A program made the position numbers and the translations under genes. Below, piece after piece: positions 52,975-64,000 of a stretch of DNA of 64,000 nt. The notes under the pieces were generated by a model. The model saw only the letters and a program-made list of their open reading frames with translations. It was not told where the DNA came from and did not search any database. The stretch lies in assembly GCA_009914755.4 (NCBI GenBank), contig CP086569.2:4960001-5024000 (forward strand). Reading direction: 5' to 3'. This DNA is from the human T2T-CHM13v2.0 reference genome, Homo sapiens. The stretch's first letter is position 1; each line of letters opens with the position of its first letter.

Positions 52975-53960
52975 ACTGTAACCGCCCAACGGGTTCACCT
53001 TGCCCGCTGCCTAGACAGAGACGATTTAGTAAGACAGGGGGACTGCAATGGAGAAAGAGTAATTCACTCAGAGCCGGCTGTGTGGGAGACTGGAGTTTTA
53101 TTATTACTCAAATCAGCCTCCCTGAGCATTTGGAGGAATGCTTGGGGATTGGAGTTTTTAAAGATAACTTGGGCCAGGCACGGTGGCTCATGCCTGTAAT
53201 CCCAGCACTTTGGGAGGCCGAGGCGGGTGGATCACCTGAGACCAGCCTGGCTAACGTGGTGAAACCCTGTCACTACTAAAAATGCAAAAATTAGCTGGGC
53301 GTGGTGGCAGGCGCCTCTAGTCCCAGCTACTCGGGAGGCTGAGGTAGGAGAATTACTTGTTGAGTCCAGGAGACGGAGGTTGCTGTGAGCCTAGATCATG
53401 CCACTGCACTCCAGCCTGGGCAACAGAGGCAGATTCCATCTCAAAAAAAAAACATTAAAGATAACTTGGCAGTAGGGGCTTGGGAAGTGGGAAGTACTGA
53501 TTGTTCGGACTGAAGATGGAATCATAGGGGGGTCGAAGTGAGGTTTTCTTGTTGTCTTCTGTTCCTGGGTGGGATCACAGAACTGGTTGAGCCAGGTCTG
53601 GGTGGTATCAGCTAATCCATCAAGTGCAGGGTTTGCAAAATCTCTCAAGCACTGATCTTAGGTTTTAAAATAGTGATGTTATCTCCAGGATCAATTTGGT
53701 GAGGTTCAGACTCTTGCAGCCAGAAGCTGCATGACCCCTAAACGTAATTCCTACTCTTGTAGCTAGTTTGTTAGTCCTACAAAGGCAGACTGGGCCCAAA
53801 GCAAGAAGGGAGTCTTTTTGGGAAAGGGCTATAGTTTCGTTTCAGAGTCAAACCATAAACTAAATTCCTTCCCAAGGTTAGTTTGGCCTATGCCTAGGAA
53901 TGAACAAGGACAGCTTAAAGGTTAGAAGCAAGATGGAGTTGATTAGGTCTAATCTCTTTC
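52975..53960 (+). mobile_element. Unclassified LTR/ERV-like interspersed repeat, split by a nested Alu (53172..53452)
   Basis: gactgcaatggagaaagagtaattcactcagagccggctgtgtgggagactggagttttattattactcaaatcagcctccctgagcatttggaggaatgcttggggattggagtttttaaagataacttgg | Alu | cagtaggggcttgggaagtgggaagtactgattgttcggactgaagatggaatcatagggg...gggatcacagaactggttgagccaggtctgggtggtatcagctaatccatcaagtgcagggtttgcaaaatctctcaagcactgatcttaggtttt... continuous across the Alu TSD; recalled as a recurring human repeat but family name not recoverable. Confidence 0.35.
53172..53452 (+). mobile_element. Alu (with internal deletion in left monomer), TSD taaagataacttgg
   Basis: ggccaggcacggtggctcatgcctgtaatcccagcactttgggaggccgaggcgggtggatcacctgagaccagcctggctaacgtggtgaaaccctgtcactactaaaaatgcaaaaattagctgggcgtggtgg ... 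A10; direct repeat (t)taaagataacttgg on both sides. Confidence 0.9.
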
Positions 53961-54479
53961 ACTATCATAATATCCTCAGTTATAATTTTTGCAAAGACAG
54001 TTTCAAGACTAGGAAGTTATTTTTTGAAGATATAGTTATTGAATAAAACAGTGTGTAATTTAGCTATTGACCGATGGAGCTGCAATTTTTCTCAGCAGTT
54101 AATCTTTTCTTTAAGTTACTTCATAATTGAAATAGCTACTTTTATAGATTGATTAGTCCCTAAATATAAATCAATCGTATATTTAAAAGGGTTTTTATTT
54201 TAAACTTATCCTTGAAAGATTGTGAATAAAACAAATTAGAAGGTCTATGAAAGTTCCAGCCTATTGAAAAAGAGATTTGTATTGTATAGACTAAGTAATT
54301 CAATTGGAATACATAAATCTTAGGCTCTTACAAAGAAAGAGAAAAATAAAATCTTAGACTAAGATTTCACAGTACCAATGCCAATATAGACAAGATACCT
54401 AAACAAATCAAAGAAAAAGTTTTGAATTTCAGTAGACACTGTCAACCGAGGAAAATGACAAGCCTCAATCATTTTAGGA

Positions 54480-54960
54480 GATTTATTTGCCAAAATTAAG
54501 GATGCACCCGGGAGACAGGTCTACGCCTTTCTCCAAAGATGATTTTGAGGGCTCCAAATTTAAAGGGGAAAGGGTGGGATATTGAGAAGCACACAGTTTT
54601 TACATAAACAAGGGGGGGCAGAGGAAAAATGTGAAGAATCTGCATTTTACCTAACACAGACAAAATGGGTAAGGGGAACAATCAGCTATGCATTTTTGTC
54701 TGGCAGGCTGGGTGACTGCACCTGTAAAGATAAGCTATCAATTTGCATGGCCATGGAGAAGTTTTTAACAGCTCACCAGGAATTTCCTTGTGGGCAAAAT
54801 ATGGGGGAGGCGTGTAGCCTTTCATCTGGTAGCCATCTCATCGAGGAACCAAAAGGGGGAGGCAGGTTTGTGTGACTCAGTTCCCAGCTTGACTTTTCCC
54901 TTTGGGTAAATGAGTTTGGGGTCCAAAAATTTAATTTCTTTTCACAGCACACCATATTCT
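54480..54960 (+). mobile_element. Third copy of the 36520..36937 repeat family (probable MaLR internal fragment)
   Basis: ...cagttcccagcttgacttttccctttgggtaaatgagtttggggtccaaaaatttaatttcttttcacag parallels agttcccagcttgacatttccctttcgctgagtgatttcagggttccaagatattttcctttcacagag at 36868-36935; no adjacent LTR. Confidence 0.4.
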
Positions 54961-55738
54961 TGATAGTTCCAAATATCCCTTTCTGGCTCTCCTTTGTTTT
55001 CTTAGAGGAACCAGGACATGCTGATAACCTTTCTTAAGTTATGTTAATATGTAAATGCAGTCAACATCTGGGGTATTCTAGGCCTTTGGTAGCTCCACGA
55101 ACAGCAAATACTTTCACCTGGACAGACCTTCTAAATACTTGGCAAAGGAAAGATTATTATGAGCCTTATTTAGTTTAGTCTGCAGCAGTGATATTTTATT
55201 ACCAGCATTCTCTGTAGGTTTGGAGAATATGAAAGTAAGCTCTGTATTAGCCTTAAACTTTCTGAGCTGGATTTGAATCACCTAACGCTAAAAAAAAAAA
55301 AAAAAAAAAAAAATCAGAGTCAACTACTTTCTAAGCATATGTTTTCGCAATACAGATGAGGTTTTATCAGTAGTTTTTTACAAGTCTGTCTAGAAATTTC
55401 ATATTCTACTCAATGCTTCTAGTTATTAATGAGAAATGAATTTTTTCATGAAAATGTAGTTGCCCTTCTATTAGAAACTGTTCATATGAGCTGTATCTAC
55501 TCATCTTAAATAAAAATGTAATGCTACTCGATTAAAATAAATTTCCTCAAATTAATATTTCATTTTTTAAAATTTTAAGGTAGAATGTAAAAAGGAAAAT
55601 GTATAGGAAATTGAAAAAAAACAGCATTTATTTATCCAGTTTCCTTTAGTCACAGCATCACTAAGTTGAAAGAGCTGTAGAAGATATAGTCCAATGTCAT
55701 CATTTTACAAAAGTGAAAATTGAAATTCTGAAATATAA

Positions 55739-56099
<361 letters not shown>

Positions 56100-57149
56100 T
56101 CTAATGCTCATTTTTCTAAACTGCACTGATGATCACACAACCAGGCATACCAAAAAAAAAAAAAAAAAAAAAAGAAGGTATCAGCTATAAGCTATAACCT
56201 TTGCTCTTATGGAGCTTATAATTTCATAAGAAAGAGTATACAAGATGAACAGCTTTGTATGATCAGGACAGGCAAGATACGACATGCGCTATTTGTGCAG
56301 AAGACAGCTACATCATAGCAGGCAGGCTCATAGATTTGAGAGAGGCTTGGCAAACAGATAGTATCTGGGATAGGGTGAGGTTCTGGTAAAAAAAAAAAAA
56401 ATGTATAGTCATCATAGTGTCCTACTGTTTTAAATTTTTGAAACAAATTCTTTCCCAAAGAATTCCTGAAATGTTTGGTATTTTGATATTTTTCTCTTAA
56501 TGGAAAATGCAAATGAGTTAAACTATTAATGATTTTCATCCTATAATTGCTACCTACTGTCATTTGTGTGGACAATTTCAATAGGCATGTTCACTTTTTA
56601 GATAGAGATTTATTATAATGTTTTCTTGTGACAATTTGATATCATTGTGTTGTTTACTTATATTCATTTTAAAATTATTCACTTATCTTTTATTCCACCA
56701 AGATAATCCATTTATAGATTTAATTCATCATGAGGCTCCTAATAATGAGTTTATGATTAAGAAAATTTTGCTATTAGTTTGTTCAGCCATTTTTCAATTT
56801 TTTTTTAAATCATGGCACCTGAGTCCTAATTATAATTAATTGCTAAAGTTGATCATTTGAAGCTTCTTTGAAGAATTACTCAAGTTGTTTCAGTGTAAAT
56901 TAACTCTAAAAAAGGCAGTGATTTATATTTTCTATTTTGGGTGCAAGAGATTAACACCAGTGCTAGATTATATTTAAAACACTTAGTTTATTGATTAACT
57001 TCCCTGAAGAACATATGACCTTATTTTTTCTTAAAACTATTTGCAGATCTGAAATATTTGAGGAAGGTCAGTGAGTGTATAGGGGTTAGATTCAGGGGAA
57101 GGAACAGTACTTCTACTTTAACCATAATACCTACCTTTTTATCTATTTT

Positions 57150-58531
<1,382 letters not shown>

Positions 58532-58798
58532 CCTTTTTATCTATTTTCTATATTGTGGCTTTGATTCTGTTGAATTTCCATTAAAAAGGTGGAGAGGTGT
58601 ATTACAAATTGTAAACTTTTCTAACTTTTAAAAATCACTTTCCTAAAGGCAAAGATCAAAGTCTTTCAAGGTTCTTTATATCCCAATTATAGTTTCTGCT
58701 TCTTCTTCCTTTACACAAAGACTTTGTCTCATCCAAACTTATTTTCTGAACATTGTCTAAACATACCTTGTGGTTTCCTTGCTCCCTGACTTGCATAA

Positions 58799-59177
<379 letters not shown>

Positions 59178-60557
59178 TCCCTTTCCATTTTTGAAGTTAA
59201 ACTCTCCCCATGAAGTCTTCTAATTCATAACAACTGGAACTGACCTCTCTATCCATTGATCTCCAATACCAATTATCATTTATTCTTACCACTACTTTAT
59301 ATTGCAGTTATCTATGTAGACTAGATCAACATGACTGTATTTGAGCACTCAATAAATATGTGTTAAATGAAACACATATTTATTGTGAGGTACTCATAGA
59401 CCACAAGTTTTGCAGAGTAATAAAGTTTAATTTTATTCTTCTAGTTTCCAGCAGAAAGAAAATAATGAAAAAATATGTATTTAACTAGAAGGAGACTGTA
59501 CTAGTCAGGGTTTTCTAGAGGGACAGAACTAACAGTATATATGTATATATTAAAGGGAGTTTATTAAGGAGAACTGACTCACAGGATCACAAGATGAAGT
59601 CCCACGATAGACTGTCTGCAAGCCGAAGAGCTAGGAAGCCAGTAGTGGCTCATTCAGAGTCCCAAAACCTCGAAAGTAGGGAAGCCAACAGTTTAGCCTT
59701 CAGTCTGTGGCTGAAGGCCTGAGAGCTCCTAGCAAACCACTGGTGTAAATCCAAGAGTCCAAAAACTGAAGAACTTGGAGTTTGATGTTCCAGGACAGGG
59801 AGCATCCAGAGGAAGACTCAGCATGTCGGCTTATCCCACCTTCTTCTGACTGCCTTTTCTAGCTGCGCTGGCAGGTGATTGGATGATGCCCACCCAGACT
59901 GAGGGTGAGTTGGCCTTTCCCAGTTCACTGACTCGAATGTTAATCTCCTCTGGCAACACCCTCACAGACACACCCAGAAACAATACTTTGCATCCTGCAA
60001 TCCAAACAAATTGACACTTAATATTAACCATCACAGATTTCTACTACTAAGTCTCTCTCATGTAACATAGCTTCAGTGGAATTATATTCTCAGATCCATA
60101 GTTTCTCTGAGCGATAGTTGCCCATAATTTAAAATGTAAAGTGTATACTCTGCAGCAGCATGTTTGTAAGGTGTGTAAATGTGAGTGTTTTAGTTAGCTC
60201 AACACTTAGCTTTTAATGCTTAGAATGACATACTTGAAATATATTTTTAATTTTTCTTGAGACTTTGACCAGAACTGGGATTAATCCATTCAGACATTAT
60301 TTTGGTATTCATAGATCATCTTGAAGGTATGTTTTATTAAATAGCCTATAATATTTATTTAATTCAAAACTGATTTCTAACTTTTAAAATTTACTCATGG
60401 TGGCATATTAAGTTATTGAGCTCAACAGAGAATCAAGGAACAAAGAGTAACAGCTCTTTCTACCATCTTCTTAGATTTTCAGATTGATCCAATACAACTT
60501 TTAATAGCATTGGAGGCCAAAACTAATATTAATACATTAGCATTAATGCCGGTGTAG

Positions 60558-60977
<420 letters not shown>

Positions 60978-61212
60978 TAAAAAAAATCAATGTTGGGTTA
61001 GCAGTGTTATATAGTATGTAGAATACCATCCTGAGGATTAGGAAACCTTGTTAGGAATTAGTTGTGTGTTTTTGGGAAGGCCTCTTTTGCAATATGAACC
61101 TGAACATGTTTTTCTATAAAATGAGGGTTCAGAACTTGGGGATTTCTAAGATTTCCTCCAGCTCAATCCTTTTATGTCTTTAAACTTGTAAAGGGTAGGG
61201 AAAAAGCCCTCA

Positions 61213-61521
<309 letters not shown>

Positions 61522-62799
61522 AAGTAATACCATATTCACGCAAATACTCTCTTTATTCTCTTGAAGAACAAATAACAAAGGGATATGTATATCCTAGTGT
61601 AAGTGTTTCTTTGAGATTCACTCTCTTATTTCCTCATACAATGCAAGGGAAAGGCCATAGACTAATTTTTTATTAAAGTAAATACAAGTAATTTTTAATC
61701 TAGAGGTTTATTTCTGTAGCAGTAGAAATTCTTCCACATTAAATACAGGAAGGAAAAAAAATGCTTCAGAAGCACATTTGAAGAGAGCTATATTCAATTT
61801 CACAGGAAAGACTCAACATCAAGTAACCCCTGGGTCCCTTCAATGTATTGCTCTAATTTATACATCAAAGTGAGAACAAGCTTGCTGAAACATAAGGCCT
61901 GAAGGAACAACTCAATGTTTCTAGCAAAATGTAATTCAGCAGTCACACAGTCCATGAAATGCTCATTAACAAGCTGAGGCAATATGTACTGAGTATACAA
62001 GTTCACCTTTGCATATTAAGGAGCAATGTGTAATAACATTTATGGCTCTTGCTGTTCCACATGCAGAGAACACGGAAATTAGAGCCGGGCTGTATAAATG
62101 TCAAATGTATTTATGGTCATGCATGCATACTGCTGTTTTAAAACAGTAGTCTTAACGGCCACAAATGTTTCATTCATATGCAGGTAGTTGGCAGCCACCT
62201 TTTTTCTTGAGCCACAGATTACTTCTGCTATAGAATTCCATCCTACAACACAGATCTACCACCAACAGTTCTATGAAGCCATATGCCCTTCAGAAACACT
62301 GCAGTTTTGGTTTTCCCTTCATAATAATGTACATTATCTTAATGTTTCATAAAAATATTTCATTTAAAGGCAGCAAAGTAAGACATCAGGAAAAAAAGAT
62401 GCAACTAACATGTAACTAAACGAGACCCTAAGCCCCAGAATTAAAATATGGTTTTCTGCTGTACTAGCAGCATGAGATCTCTTCACCATAAAATCTCCAA
62501 GCTCACAAGAAGGGAAGAGGGTGGAATATATATATATGTATTGACTCATTCCAAAGCATTCTTAAAGACCTTAAAACCAGAAAACAATGAAATTAACATG
62601 TCAGCTTTCCCTTCCACTTCTAGGAAGTCTTGTCTGACTGGCTTACCCTCACAGCCCTCCCTCACATATGCTTTAGAGTATAAACACGTATCTTTTCAAA
62701 TTAATAGTTCTATTAGTATTTTTTTTCAGATTTGACTCATTCCAAAATTTATTGCATTTTAATGCAAACTAAGCATGCATATTATTGGTTTGGTTATAA

Positions 62800-63103
<304 letters not shown>

Positions 63104-63174
63104 AGTATAATGCAGTCTTGAGATAATCTGATAAATTATTTATTTATTTTTAATTTTAATTTTTTAATTAATTT

Positions 63175-63469
63175 ATTTGGTTTTTTTTGAGACAGGGTCT
63201 CTCTGTTGCCCAGGCTGGAGTGCTGTGGTGCCATCATGGGTCACTGCAGCCTCCACATCCCAGGCTCAAGCAATTTTTCCCACCTCAGCCTCCTGAGTAG
63301 CTGGGACTACAGGGATGCACCACCACATCCAGCTAATTTTTTTAATTTTTGGCAGAGATGAGGTCTCATTATGTTGCCCATACTGGTCTCCAACTCCTGG
63401 GCTCAAGTGATCCTCCCACTTGGCCTCCCAAAGTGCTGGGATTGCAGGTGTGAGCCACCACACCTAGCC
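63175..63469 (-). mobile_element. Old Alu (AluJ-like, antisense)
   Basis: ttttttttgagacagggtctctctgttgcccaggctggagtgctgtggtgccatcatgggtcactgcagcctccacatcccaggctcaagcaatttttcccacc ... ggtgtgagccaccacacctagcc. Confidence 0.85.
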
Positions 63470-64000
63470 ATTGATTAATTACTTAAAAATCAAAGCAATA
63501 TGCTATTACAGAACCAGACCTTATAGGCAACAAATTACCCATGTCACATACTTTTTGAAGTACATTATTGGGTATAGATATTCCACATTAACCAAAAGTA
63601 CTTTATTAGAAAGATAGGAAATTGAAAAAATGGAGATGGAATTTTGGGAGTCCCTAAGCAATTCAATAATTTCTCAAAACAAACTTAACTCATTAGTAAT
63701 AAAACCTATGGTTTTCCATTATTATTTTCATTATTTTATTATTTCTATTATTTCTAAATAAACTAATTTACATAATGCATGTATTCAAGCCAAGCTGAAC
63801 AGCTAGCACATTTCTTACCAAGCAGTGTGTGCTCTTAAATGCATATAGAATAAGACACATTTACGCATTTTCTATTTTTATTTTACACATTTAATTGTTT
63901 ATCTGTGAGGTAAATCACATTTTAATTTTTTGCAAAATTAAACAAGAGGCTTTTACCCAATAGCATTTTGGTCTACCTGTACTTTTTGAGAGAAGAAATA

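Overview
This window is primate, almost certainly human, nuclear DNA rather than a prokaryotic locus. It is AT-rich, gene-poor and dominated by transposable elements; I can support no bona fide protein-coding gene, RNA gene, CRISPR array or operon-like system. The content I can support directly from the sequence is as follows. (1) A complete, deleted-type HERV-H provirus on the minus strand (44336..49978). It has two 451-452 bp LTR7 LTRs that differ by roughly 6-7 percent, a tRNA-His primer binding site, a degraded pol ORF, and a 5-bp target-site duplication CTTCC. (2) An intronless EIF4A1 retrocopy (processed pseudogene) on the minus strand (57150..58531). It carries an AATAAA signal, a poly(A) tail and a perfect 16-bp target-site duplication. 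Its disabling changes are a premature stop in the N-terminal extension, Walker A GKT to GKM, DEAD to DKAD and a C-terminal frameshift. (3) Several LINE-1 copies, all ancient. One is a near-full-length old L1 on the minus strand (about 8866..16000+) into which three Alus later inserted, each with a target-site duplication. Another is an old minus-strand L1 interrupted at a sharp junction (6648/6649) by a younger plus-strand L1 3-prime end carrying its own poly(A). (4) Nineteen Alu elements, many with clean target-site duplications, including young AluY-like copies. (5) MaLR (THE1/MST/MLT1-type) LTR fragments, two unclassified LTR-like repeats each with a nested Alu, and several microsatellites: (GGAA)n, (AC)n, (TG)n, (TA)n(CA)n, and an AT-rich palindromic minisatellite. 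The most interesting items are the intact HERV-H structure, which belongs to the LTR7/HERV-H family that is transcriptionally active in pluripotent cells, and the EIF4A1 retrocopy. The others are the nested and inverted L1 architecture, a 3-prime-truncated Alu bounded by duplicated LTR-like units, a roughly 350-bp tandem monomer array in the L1 5-prime region, and a palindromic AT-rich repeat. All coordinates are from manual reading and should be taken as accurate to about 10 bp unless a motif is quoted.
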